DNA from: Bryobacterales bacterium
Lineage (GTDB): Bacteria > Acidobacteriota > Terriglobia > Bryobacterales > UBA6623
Length of the DNA stretch: 64,000 nucleotides
NCBI GenBank assembly: GCA_963422375.2
Contig: OY729427.2
Coordinates: forward strand, 32,001-96,000
Direction: 5' to 3'
The notes under the pieces were generated by a model. That model ran no database searches. It had not been told where the DNA came from and worked only from the letters and a program-made list of their open reading frames with translations. The translations under genes were made by a program, and so were the position numbers. Positions 44,750 through 55,255 of this stretch are shown piece after piece. Within the stretch, counting starts at the first letter, position 1. Each line of letters begins with the position of its first letter.

Positions 44750-47325
44750 CCTGATTACCCACAAGACTCAGCCAAGGTTAGGAGGCGGTAAGGCATGGGC
44801 GGGGTGCGCACGGAGGCGTGGAGCAGGCGGGGGACCAGCGCCTCCAGGTCGTAGCGGCGGTTGAAGCGGTAGCGGAACTCGGCGAGGTACCGCGGCAGGT
44901 GCTTGCCGTCGAGCGCATGGCAGGTTCCCGCCGGGGACTGCTTGACGTTCGCCAGCATCGTGTTGACCCGGACGAAGCGCGAATCCGCGCAGCTCCGCTT
45001 CCCGCCTCCGGTGACGGTCGGCACGTGCTCGCAGCCGGCGCCGGCCACGCCCCGGAAGCAGGCCGGGCCGTCGGAACGCACCTCCGTGCCGGGCTGCAAG
45101 TGCCGCCCGGCCCATGCTGCCAGCGTCTTCTTGCGGCAGCCCGCCACGCCGCTCATGCGCATCCTTGCCGGCTTGCCGGCGGCGGTGACCTGCACGGCGG
45201 CGACGAACGGCGTCTTGCCTGCCGCGCCGCGCCCGCGCTTGCCGCCGGTCCGCTCCCCGCCCCGGCAGGCGTCGTCCACCTGCACGATGCCGCCCAGCGG
45301 CACGCGCTCGTCGCGCTCCTTCATCACTTGCAGGAGCTTGTGCTTCATCTTCCAGGCCGTGTTCCGGCTCACGCCCGGCTGCCGCGCCAGTTCCAGCGAC
45401 GAAACGCCGTGCTGGCCCTGCGTCAGCAGGTGCAGCGCCAGGAACCAGACGGTCAGCGGCAGCTTGGTGGCGGCGAAGATCGTGCCGGCGACGAGGGAGG
45501 TCCGGCGGTGGCAGGCGTGGCACTGCCGGAGCTTGCGGGAGCGGATGCGGCAGTGCCGGCGGGAGCCGCACTCCGGGCAGCGGAAGTCGTCCGGCCAGCG
45601 GGCGTTGAAGACGGCCTGCTCGCATGGCCCCTCGCTGCCGTAGCGCTGCAGGAACTTGCCCAGGCTGAGTCCCTTCTGGAATTGCACGCGATTGCGTTTC
45701 ATCTGAGCCTTTTGCAAAAATCCCGAGCTCATAGCATTATCATTTAGTTAGTCTATTAAGTATTCGATATAATCAATGGAATAGAACTGTAGTAAATGTA
45801 GTTTTAATGGCTTATCATGCGTTTTGAGTTTCCTGGAAATCCCTTGCCATCCGTGCTATTATTGTAATGCAAGCCTAGTAAGCAGCTGGCAGGATTCAAC
45901 GAATATGTCCTTGATAGAAACCGTATCCGCGTACTGGTTCACGTTCCAGCAGGGGCTGTTCCCCTGGCTCGAGCAGGAACTCGGCCCCCTCGGCGAGCGC
46001 TACCGCAGCTTCGTCCAAGCGGTGGAACGGGCGCAGGTCGAGGACTGCCTGCCCGTCGGGCAGGGCGGCCGCGGCCGCCCCCTCGAAAGCCGCGCCGCCA
46101 TGGCGCGCGCCTTCATCGCCAAGGCCGTCTTCGACCAGCCCGCTACGCGCTCGCTGGTCGAGCGCCTGCAGACCGATCGCACCCTGCGCCGACTGTGCGG
46201 CTGGGACCTGGCCGGGGCCGTGCCCGGCGAGGCAACCTTCTCGCGCGCCTGCGCCGAGTTCGCCGCCGGCGAACTGCCCGGACGCTTGCACCAGGCGCTG
46301 CTCGCGCGGACGCTCGACGGCCGCTTGGCAGGGCACGTCTCCCGCGACTCGACCGCCATCGAGGGCCGCGAGCGGCCCGCCGGGAAGCCCGCGCCGGAAC
46401 CGGAGCCGAAACGCAAGCGCGGGCGCCCTCGCAAGGGCGAGCAGCGGCCGCCCGCTCCGCGCCGACTGGCGCGGCAGCCCGACATGAATCTCGAAGCAAT
46501 GCTGCACGACCTGCCGCAGGACTGCGATACCGGCACCAAGCGCAACGCCAAGGGCCGTACCGTCAGCTGGCGCGGCTACAAGCTGCATATCGACGCGATC
46601 GACGGCGGGATCCCGGTCAGCTGCCTGCTCACCTCGGCTTCGCTGCACGACAGCCAGGCCGCGATCCCGCTGGCGACACGGACCGCGGGCCGCGTCGACA
46701 ATCTGTACGACCTGATGGACAGCGCGTACGACGCGGCCGGGATCCGGGCCTTCAGCAAGCGGCTCGGGCACGTGCCGCTCATCGCTGTCAACCCGCGCGG
46801 CCGGACGGAGCTGCAGGCGGATCTGGCACGGGAGGCCAAGGCGCTGCGCAGCGCCGGGCGGGCGGAGCCCGCGCAGCTGCGCTACCGGGAGCGCTCGACG
46901 GTGGAGCGTGTCAACGGCCGCCTGAAGGACGATTGCGGCGGGCGCCGCGTGCGCGTCCGCGGCAAGGTGCTGTGCCACCTCCTGTTCGGCGTGCTCGCGC
47001 TGACGGTCGCGCAGCTCCTGCGCCTGGCGCTCCGAGAGCCCGGGCCGCCGGGACAGCCGCGAAGAGCGCCCGCCCGCAGGGCCGGGCCGGGAGAGCTGCG
47101 CCTGCACGCGGCCGCTCCCCGCAGGAGCGCCCCGCAGCCGAGCAAGCCCAGCTGAAGGGAGTCTTTTTCGGCGAGAATAACAGCCCGGAAACTAGTCGTT
47201 CATGGGGCGGTCAGCCCTCTTTTCTGAATTTTGCAAAAGGCTTATCTGCTAGCCCCTTTCCTAGCAGAGATTTCCGACCTCCTTCAGTATAGCATATCCT
47301 CGGCTGACGTTCGTTGGTAATCAGG
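44750..47325 (-). mobile_element. Second IS1595-family type (CCTGATT ends); transposase 44755-45702
   Basis: TIR CCTGATTACC; 8-bp TSD TTATATAT; MKRNRVQFQKG, CPEC..CHAC, QVDDA, YRFNRR. Confidence 0.9.
45705..47243 (+). mobile_element. IS5/IS1182-like IS; transposase 45905-47155
   Basis: TIR core AGCCTTTTGCAAAA; probable TSD ATCT; motifs SRDSTAIE, GYKLHID, MDSAYD, RSTVERVNGRLKD. Confidence 0.85.
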
Positions 47326-47611
47326 TTATATATTGTGCTTGGAGCTTCAACTGACCTCAGGATGTAGTATGAAATGCTGATCGGGCCAGAATTCAGGGGT
47401 CTTGTCACAAGCACTATATAATTCCCAAAAAGATCGGGCAGCTGCGACCGTCCCGCTGCCGGGATCTCGCCGACTGCACGGACTGGCCCTGCCGTCTACC
47501 TACCCGAAGGCCCCGCTGCGCGACTCCCTGTGCCCGGGGCTTCCGTTTGTCGAGTCCGACTCATGGGGCATGGGCAGGCCGCGCCCGCGGGCAGCTGCAG
47601 GGTCGCACCTC

Positions 47612-49039
47612 TCAAGCGAGCGCGCCTCGGATTACGTGGCCTTCCGTGTCGGTCAGCCGGAAGCGGCGGCCTTGGAACCGATACACCAGCCTCTCGTGGT
47701 CGATGCCCAGCAGGTGCAGGATCGTCGCCTGCACGTCGTGGACGGGGACCGCTCCCTCCGCGACGTTGAAGCCGTACTCGTCCGTTGATCCGTGGACGTG
47801 CCCGGCCCTGATGCCCGCGCCGGCCATCCAGATCGAGAAGCACCGGCCGTGGTGGTCTCGACCGTAGTTGTCCGGCTTGGGGTCGCCTTGCGCGTACGGC
47901 GTGCGCCCGAATTCCCCGGCCCAGACCACAAGCGTGTCGTCGAGAAGCCCTCGCTCTTTCAGGTCGCGGACCAGTGCCGCGGAAGGCTGGTCGGTGTCGC
48001 GCGCCGACACGGGCAGGCGCTTGGGCAGCTCGCCGTGATGGTCCCAGCCGCGGTGGTAGAGCTGGACGAATCGCACGTCGCGCTCCGCGAGCCGACGGGC
48101 CAGCAGGCAGTTGGCGGCAAACGTGCCCGGCTTGCGCGAGTCCGGACCGTACAACTCGTATATCGATTCCGGCTCGGACCCGACGTCCATGAGCTCCGGG
48201 ACGCTCGCCTGCATGCGGTAGGCCATCTCGTACTGCTCGATGCGCGTCTCGATCTCCGGATCCCCGACCTGGCGGTAGTGCAGCTTGTTTAGCGCGGCTG
48301 CCGCGTCCAGCGTCATGCGGCGGCGTTCGCGGGTCATGCCGGGCGGGTCGCTCAGGTAGAGCACCGGATCCCCCTTGGACCGGAATTGCACGCCCTGGTG
48401 GCGGCTCGGCAGGAATCCGGCGCCCCACAGCCGGGCCAGCAGGCCCTGCCCGCCGGGCCCCTCGCTGGCGACCGAATGCAGCACGACGAAGGCGGGCAGG
48501 TTCTCGTTGGCGCTGCCCAGCCCGTAGTCGATCCAGGCCCCCATGCTCGGCCGGCCCGGCAGCTGGCTGCCGGTCTGGAAGAACGTGATCGCGGGGTCGT
48601 GGTTAATCGCCTCCGTATGCACGGACCGGATCAGGCAGATCTCGTCCGCGATACCCGCGGTGTGCGGCAGGAGCTCGCTGAGCTCGATGCCGCTCTGCCC
48701 GTGCCGCTTGAAGGAGTACTTCGTGGGCATCACTTGAAAGCGCTCTTGGTGCGCGACCATGCCCGTCACGCGCTGGCCCCGGAACACCGACTCGGGCACG
48801 TCCTCGCCGAACCGCTCCCTCAGCAGCGGCTTGGAATCGAACAGATCCACGTGCGAGGGGCCTCCCGACTGGAAGAGGAAAATCACGCGCTTCGCCTTGG
48901 GAGCGAAGTTCGGGAAGTCGCCGCCCTGGGCCGCCTCCGACGCACCCAGCGCGTGAAGGCCGATCGCGCCCACGCCGTAGGCGGAGCGCACCAAAAGGTC
49001 GCGGCGCGTCAGATAGCGGGCAGGTCCGTGCATGGTCAT
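47612..49039 (-). CDS. DUF1501 domain protein (Tat signal)
   Basis: TRRDLL, FLFQSGGPSH, WDHH, GEFGRTP, GRDHH; overlaps the upstream stop (ATGA). Confidence 0.93.
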   Translation of the reverse strand: MTMHGPARYLTRRDLLVRSAYGVGAIGLHALGASEAAQGGDFPNFAPKAKRVIFLFQSGGPSHVDLFDSKPLLRERFGEDVPESVFRGQRVTGMVAHQERFQVMPTKYSFKRHGQSGIELSELLPHTAGIADEICLIRSVHTEAINHDPAITFFQTGSQLPGRPSMGAWIDYGLGSANENLPAFVVLHSVASEGPGGQGLLARLWGAGFLPSRHQGVQFRSKGDPVLYLSDPPGMTRERRRMTLDAAAALNKLHYRQVGDPEIETRIEQYEMAYRMQASVPELMDVGSEPESIYELYGPDSRKPGTFAANCLLARRLAERDVRFVQLYHRGWDHHGELPKRLPVSARDTDQPSAALVRDLKERGLLDDTLVVWAGEFGRTPYAQGDPKPDNYGRDHHGRCFSIWMAGAGIRAGHVHGSTDEYGFNVAEGAVPVHDVQATILHLLGIDHERLVYRFQGRRFRLTDTEGHVIRGALA

Positions 49040-52000
49040 CCCTTCGTGATCACTTCGTCAAGGTTCAGGATCAGGTTCGCAAGGGCAGCGTAGGCGGCCA
49101 GCTCTCGCGGGTCAATGCTCGGGTCCGCCGCCGACGCGCCCATCGCAAGGAACTCGCGCGCCTCTTCGGCGCTGGCAGCGAACGAGCCCTGCAGCCCCGC
49201 CAGCGCCTCGCGCAGGACGGCCGCCTCGGCCGGGGCCGGGAGGCGCCCGGCGGCGATCTCGAACAGCCGCTCCACGCGCTCGTCCGCAGACTCCGAGGAA
49301 GCGAGCAGGACCCGCTCGGCGAGCTCTCGGGCTGCCTCGACAAACGTCGGATCGTTCAGTAGAGTCAGGGCCTGCAGCGGCGTGTTCGTAGCGGAGCGCC
49401 GGACGGTGCAGAACTCCCGGTCCGGCGCGTCGAAGACCGTCATCGCCGGATGGGGCAAGGTCCGCTTCCAGAACGTGTACACGCTGCGACGATACAGATC
49501 CTCGCCCTCGCTCTGCTTCCAGATCGTTCCCGGATAGGCCGCTCCGACGACAACGCCGTCGTAGAGCCCTTCGGGCTGGTACGGACGAACGCTCGGGCCG
49601 CCGATGTTCCCGGACAGCAGGCCGGCCAGCGCCAGAGCCTGGTCGCGAATCGCCTCGGCCGGAAGCCGGAAGCGCGGCCCGCGCGCCAGCAGGCGGTTCT
49701 CGGGATCCTTGGCGCGGAGGGCCGGATCCGCGGCCGAGGACTGGCGGTAGGCGGAGGAAAGCACGAGGGACCACAGCAGGCGCTTGACGTCCCATCCGGA
49801 CTCGACGAAATCGACGGCCAAGCGGTCCAGCAGTTCCGGGTGGCTCGGCGCCTCGCCCTGCAGTCCGAAGTCCTCGCTGGTCTTGACGAGGCCGATCCCG
49901 AACAGCTGCTGCCAGAACCGGTTGACGACCACCCGCGCCGTGGTGGGATGGCGCTTGCCGGTCAGCCAGCGGGCCAGTCCGAGGCGATCATTCGGAGTCC
50001 CGCCGGGCCACGAGCCCAGCAGGCCCTCGGGGACGCCGGGCTCGACCGGCCTGCCGGGGCTGTCATACCGGCCGCGCATCAGGACATGCGTCTGACGCCG
50101 CCGAGCCATCTCCTCCATGACCATCGTTGTGGGCAGGCTGCGACGCAGCGCGAAGAGATCTTCCCGCAGCCGCTCGAGCCGGCGGTCCGGACGGAGGACA
50201 CGGTAGAGCCAGCGGCGCTCGAGTCCGCTGCCGGCTCGCTGCCTCGCCCAAGGAAGTGCCGCGGCCTCGAAGGCCTGCCGCACCTGCGCAGGATCCAGCG
50301 CCTGCTTCCAGACGGCCGCCTCGTCGATTCGCCCCCGGAACCGGCTGCCGCCGGGGAGGTTGTCGCGAGCAATCCGGTACGGCTTAGCGAATGCTGCCGG
50401 CGACTGAGCGTCGTCGTGCAGGACCTCGGTGCCGATCTCGCGGCCGTCGGCGAACAGTCGCACCCACGCCGCGCGGGCCCGCATGGAATCCTTGCCTTCC
50501 GAGCCCTCGTACACCGCGGCGACGTGCCGCCACTGGCCGGGGGCAAGATTCGCTCCCTCGCTGCGCACGGTGATGGAGTACGACGGGAAGCGCTTGCTCA
50601 GGCGCAGCTCGACTTCGCTTCCGGCGAGGCGCAGCTCGATCCCCGCGCCGTGCTGGGACGAGGCCGGATCGGGGGAGTAGTCGATTGCCGAGAACAGCGG
50701 GGCGTCCGACTGTTCGGCGTCGGCCCGCAGCCACAAGGCCAGAGTGAAGGCTCCGTGCTTCTCCAGCTTGAGCGGCTCTTCCGAGTCGATTTCGAGCGAC
50801 GCGCAGGCCATCCCGGCGATACCGGCCTCCCGCCCGTCGTCGCAGCCGAGGAAGAAATCGGCGTTGGCCGGGTACTCGCGGGCGGCAAGCGACGCCAGCG
50901 CCTCGCTCGACGGCTCCCAGCTCGCAGCCCGTTCCCGGTCTGCCCGCTCGCGGGCATCGGCCTCAGCGCGGAGAGCGGCGATCCGCTCGGCCTGCTCCGC
51001 AGTCGGGGCCGGGATCATCGGCACGGCGTTCGCCACGCGGCCCGCCTCGCCCAGTTCCGGGACGTTGTCGAAGAACGCGAACAGCCGGTAGTAGTCCTCC
51101 TGCGAGATCGGATCGAACTTGTGGTCGTGGCAGCGGGCGCACTCGAAGGTCAGCCCCAGCCAAGCCATTCCGACCGTGCGGACGCGGTCCGCCACGTACT
51201 CGACGCGGTACTCCTCGTCGATGATTCCGCCCTCGGAGTTGATCACGTGGTTGCGGTTGAACCCGGTCGCGACCAGCTGGTCGAGCGTCGGGCTGGGCAG
51301 CAGGTCACCCGCCATCTGCTCCTCGACGAAACGGTCGTAGGGCAGGTTCCGGTTGAACGCTTCGATCACCCAGTCGCGCCAGCGCCACATCGAGCGCTCG
51401 GAGTCGTTGTTGAAGCCGTGGGTGTCGGCGTAGCGAGCCACGTCCAGCCAGTCCATGGCCATGCGCTCGCCGTAGCGCGGCGACGCCAGAGCACGCTCGG
51501 CAGCCGCCGCGTAGCCGTCCTCCCCGCGCAGGGCGACGGCCCTTTCGAACTCCCTGACCTCGCTCAATGTCGGAGGCAGGCCGTTGAGGTCGAGCATCAT
51601 GCGCCTCAGCCAAGCCGCAGCGCCTGCGGGAGGCGACGTCTGCAGTCCCTCGGCCTCCAGCCGCGCCAGGATAAAGGCGTCCATGGGCCGACGCGGCCAG
51701 CGGCCAGCGGCGACGGCCGGCTCGAGCCGCCGCACCGGCGGATTGAACGCCCAGTGATTGGAGTACTCGGCCCCCCGCTCGATCCAGCTCCGCAGAATCG
51801 AAACCTCGCCCGGCTCCAGAGGCACGTGCCCTAGGTACGCGGGCGGCATGCGCGTTGCGGGATCCTCGGACTCGACGCGGCGCAGCAGCTCGCTGGCAGC
51901 GGGATCTCCGGGGCTGACCGCCACCCGGCCCGAAGCTGAGGGAGCAGTCGCCGCCACGCGATCATCGAGGCGCAGCCCGGCCTGGCGCTGAGCCTCGTCC

Positions 52001-52146
52001 GGCCCGTGGCAAGCGAAGCAGCGGTCCGAGAGCAGCGGCTGCACGTCGCGGCCGAAATCGACCGGGGCCGCGTCTAACGGGCCGGGCAGCCAAGCAGCCG
52101 CCAGCGCGGCGAAAGCCGCAAGTCGGCAGGGTCGCTTCCCGGTCAT
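49036..52146 (-). CDS. PSD1/planctomycete cytochrome c protein (DUF1549-LamG-DUF1553)
   Basis: CFACHGPD, WLDVARYADT, CARCHDHKFDPI, LamG-like insert, TNTPLQALTLLND. Confidence 0.92.
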   Translation of the reverse strand: MTGKRPCRLAAFAALAAAWLPGPLDAAPVDFGRDVQPLLSDRCFACHGPDEAQRQAGLRLDDRVAATAPSASGRVAVSPGDPAASELLRRVESEDPATRMPPAYLGHVPLEPGEVSILRSWIERGAEYSNHWAFNPPVRRLEPAVAAGRWPRRPMDAFILARLEAEGLQTSPPAGAAAWLRRMMLDLNGLPPTLSEVREFERAVALRGEDGYAAAAERALASPRYGERMAMDWLDVARYADTHGFNNDSERSMWRWRDWVIEAFNRNLPYDRFVEEQMAGDLLPSPTLDQLVATGFNRNHVINSEGGIIDEEYRVEYVADRVRTVGMAWLGLTFECARCHDHKFDPISQEDYYRLFAFFDNVPELGEAGRVANAVPMIPAPTAEQAERIAALRAEADARERADRERAASWEPSSEALASLAAREYPANADFFLGCDDGREAGIAGMACASLEIDSEEPLKLEKHGAFTLALWLRADAEQSDAPLFSAIDYSPDPASSQHGAGIELRLAGSEVELRLSKRFPSYSITVRSEGANLAPGQWRHVAAVYEGSEGKDSMRARAAWVRLFADGREIGTEVLHDDAQSPAAFAKPYRIARDNLPGGSRFRGRIDEAAVWKQALDPAQVRQAFEAAALPWARQRAGSGLERRWLYRVLRPDRRLERLREDLFALRRSLPTTMVMEEMARRRQTHVLMRGRYDSPGRPVEPGVPEGLLGSWPGGTPNDRLGLARWLTGKRHPTTARVVVNRFWQQLFGIGLVKTSEDFGLQGEAPSHPELLDRLAVDFVESGWDVKRLLWSLVLSSAYRQSSAADPALRAKDPENRLLARGPRFRLPAEAIRDQALALAGLLSGNIGGPSVRPYQPEGLYDGVVVGAAYPGTIWKQSEGEDLYRRSVYTFWKRTLPHPAMTVFDAPDREFCTVRRSATNTPLQALTLLNDPTFVEAARELAERVLLASSESADERVERLFEIAAGRLPAPAEAAVLREALAGLQGSFAASAEEAREFLAMGASAADPSIDPRELAAYAALANLILNLDEVITKG

Positions 52147-53381
52147 GAATCCGATGTTTCCTTGCGAGCCCATTATCACCGATCCCCTCGGTCCGTTGGC
52201 AGGGTCGGGGCCGTGAAGATTGCAGATCGCGGCGCCCCGCGCAGCTCGCCCAGGCGGCGACACGGCGTGGGCCGTGACAGCGGCGGACACCGACACGACC
52301 GCCGGGCGAGCATGCACCTGGCGGAGTTCCCAAGCGCCGGAGGACAGCACCGTGGCGGTCCCGGCCTGCAAGCGGCCCGGCCACCGAGTGCGGCACTGGA
52401 ACCTAGACTGGCAGTCCCTCAGTTCGTCCCAGATCGGCATCGGTCACCAGAAGACCGACTGCCTTCAGTGAGCGTTCCGGGGGAAACCGACTGTCCGCTC
52501 CCGTGAAAACCTCCTGCGGAGTACCGTCCCAGATGCTGCCAGTGGCAAGCCCCTCGGGCGACGGAATTGGCCCGATCCATGCCCGGGCACGTGACGCCGG
52601 AGCGGACCGCCGACCTCAGCCGCCGAAGAACTGAAGTACGACGAGGAGCAGAGCGATGAATGCGACGCCGGACCCGATCATCCATCGCTGGACGCAACTC
52701 GCGCGCTGCAGCGAATGGATCGAATCCAGTAGCATCTTGGCGCCAGCGCTGTTCTGGGCCAGTCAGGCGGTCAATCCTGGCGTTGGTCCGGCTGACGTCG
52801 GCCGCAGTCTCGGCCCTTAGAGTGCCGCTGCGAGCGGTCGTGTCCACTCGCAGCTGAACAGCGCGGGCATTGGCCTGCCTGATGCGAGTGTTGGTCTCGG
52901 CGCGCAGCCGGTCGATGAGAGCGTTACCGCGGGCCTCGGACATCCGGATTTCCGCTACCACATGGTTCACTGCAGGGTCGCGGTCATCCTCCGCCGCGCC
53001 GTGAGACTCCTGCGGATCCGCGCCGAGTGCCAGCAGAGTGCGGGGCAACACTCCTTCAACGGGCTTGGTCGACGTAGCGGACAGTTCTGGTTCGAGCACG
53101 GGCGCGCCTGCCGCTTCGGAGTACATCAGTCCGGAGCCGATCGCCAACTCGATCCTCTTGCGTTACGACCTGAATCTGGAGACCGCTGGCGCTTCTCGCG
53201 AGAGATGGGCCCGGCCGGGGCCGACTCGGCTCGTATTCGGAACATGGATTGTTTCGGTTTGTCCATGAATCGAGGCTGGGGACATCGACTGGGTTCTTCC
53301 GTTTCGAGACTCGCGGGGCTGCTGGGAGAGCCGGCCGCGTACGCGGCGAACAGTACACCCAGAGGTCAAGGAGACAGGATC

Positions 53382-53891
53382 ATGAGAAGCTCGCCCCGGA
53401 GGAGCATTCTGCAGCGGCTCGCCCGCTCGACGGCAGGAGCGTGGGTGGCCGCGCAAGCGGTCGCCCGCAGGCCGGCCCGAGCGCAACCCGCCGGGCGGAT
53501 CGTCGGGTTCGATCACGTCGCGGCCCCCATGCAGGACGCCGAAGCGATGACCGGCTTCTACAGGTCGCTCGGATTCGTCGTGAACGAGGGGGAGCGGATT
53601 TGCTCGGTCCACTGCGGCGACCACAAGATCAACTTCCACCGCCCGGCCCTTTGGCAGGACACGGGCTTCTCCCTGAGGGCATCCGCGGCGAAGCCCCCAT
53701 GCGGTGACTTCTGCTTCGTCTGGAACGGCTCCGAGGAGGGGCTCGCCGAAATGCTCCGAAGAGCGGGGGCGACCGTGATCGAGGGGCCGGTGGAGTGCAG
53801 GGGCGGACAGAACGCGGGAACCGCCGTCGGCGTCAGCCGATACACCCGCGACCCGGACGGGAACCTGCTCGAGTTCATCGTCTACCGGTGA
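53382..53891 (+). CDS. VOC/glyoxalase-family protein with Tat-like leader
   Basis: FDHVA, FYRSLG, CGDFCF, YTRDPDGNLLEF. Confidence 0.88.
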   Translation: MRSSPRRSILQRLARSTAGAWVAAQAVARRPARAQPAGRIVGFDHVAAPMQDAEAMTGFYRSLGFVVNEGERICSVHCGDHKINFHRPALWQDTGFSLRASAAKPPCGDFCFVWNGSEEGLAEMLRRAGATVIEGPVECRGGQNAGTAVGVSRYTRDPDGNLLEFIVYR

Positions 53892-55255
53892 GGCCGTGGT
53901 CGCTTCGCTCCCGCGGCAGGCGCAGGTCGCCCGACAGCACCAGCCGCCCTTCGCGAACCAGCTCGTCCGCGCGCAGCTCGACCGCCAAGCGCATCTCCTC
54001 GCTGGCGTAACGCGCTCCGAACATGCGCGCGACCTCCCTCGCGCAGTCGGCCAAGCCGATGCCGACGTTGCGCTCGACGGCCCGCAGGATCGCATCCTTG
54101 ACTTCGGGCGGCGGGAGCATATCGACCCTGGGCAGCGACTGCGACCGGACGGAGCTGCGGTCACGGACAGTCACCGCCTCGATCCGGTCGCTGCGGTCAA
54201 GGAATCCCTTGGTCTCGTCGCCGTCCCGACAGACCTGCCCCCCGCCCACCGCCTGGCGAACGGCCGCTCGCGCGACCTCCTGGATTCTCGCCCCCGCCCG
54301 CTGGTAGCCTCACAAGGAGCTGAGACAGCGGACCACCTCGTCGGCGTGGACCGGTCCCTCCTCCTCGACGATTCGCGTCACGCACCGTTCCAGCAATGGC
54401 TCGGGCGCGACGTGGATCTCGGTTCCCTCGCTTTCCGGAACCAGGAACGAGGCTTCCCTGTACGGTTGCGGCGACTGATTCGCCGCCTCGGAGGTGCCGG
54501 ATCGCTGCACCTGGCGACGCGGCTCGGCGGCCGGGGCTATCAGCTCGGCACCTCCGACGGACCAGGCGCGGTCGATCGCCTCCAGCAATTTCGCCATCTC
54601 GTTGTCGCGGTCGTAGAACCAGTCCGTGCTCCAGATGCGGTGAAACCTCCAGCCCTTCTGCTCGAGAACGGTCTGGCGCAGGCGGTCCCGCTCGCGCGCC
54701 CAGCTCGAGGAGTGGTAGCGCGCCCCGTCGCATTCGATCGCTAGCACGAATCGCCCCTCGTCGTCCGGGTCGTACACCGCGAGGTCGATGCGGAATCCGG
54801 CCGAGCCCACTTGCGCGGCCACGCGGTGTCCGTGGCTCTGCAGGGCCATGGCCACGGCTTCCTCGAACGGGCTGTCCATTTCGGCGCCGGTCAGCACCGG
54901 CACGTCCAGCTCGCCGGTCTGGGCGTACTTGAGATAGCGCTTCAGCACCCTCGTGCCGGCATGCTTGGTCGCGTCGACCCGGATCTCGTCGTGGCGGATC
55001 GACGAGAACACGCGGCATCTTTCTCCGCGCCCGCGTGAAGAGGACATTCAGACGCCGCTCGCCTCCCTCGCTCGAGACCGGCCCGAAGTGTTGCGACATG
55101 TAGCCGCCCGCGTCCTTGCCGTAGCCGATCGAGATGAAGATCACGTCGCGCTCTTCGCCCTGGACGTTCTCGAGGTTCTTCACGAAGAATCCCTCGTCCC
55201 TGCCCTCCTTGCAGAACGCCTCGAGCTCGGGAAACTCAGCGCGCATGAATTCCAG
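53875..55255 (-). pseudogene. 3' part of an SF1 helicase + Vsr-like/REase + DUF3320-type protein
   Basis: VKNLENVQGEERDVIF, GERRLNVLFTRAR, DSPFEEAV, IECDGARYHSS, RIWSTDW; frameshifts; cut by IS. Confidence 0.85.

Larger units (their letters stand above)
44576..47414. mobile_element. MITE, copy 3 (opposite orientation), itself interrupted
   Basis: TSD TATATA (44570-44575, 47415-47420); halves at 44576-44749 and 47326-47414. Confidence 0.9.
41190..47426 (+). mobile_element. IS1595 (ISNwi1-like) with both TIRs invaded; frameshifted transposase 43192-44160
   Basis: Left TIR split at 41201/43060, right TIR split at 44575/47415. Confidence 0.88.

Noticed and set aside
41181..47434. TSD for the outer IS1595 (also for the copies at 35563 and 55256)
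   Set aside because: Flanks do not match convincingly (AATAGTTA vs AAAAAGAT).
49450..51834. Long antisense or alternative-frame ORFs (794 aa here; also 471-1868, 16886-19045, 60229-62130)
   Set aside because: Shadow ORFs of real genes in high-GC DNA; no recognisable motifs.
52419..53147. 242-aa ORF with a short coiled-coil-like stretch
   Set aside because: Probably a decayed remnant; no family recognised, so not called.
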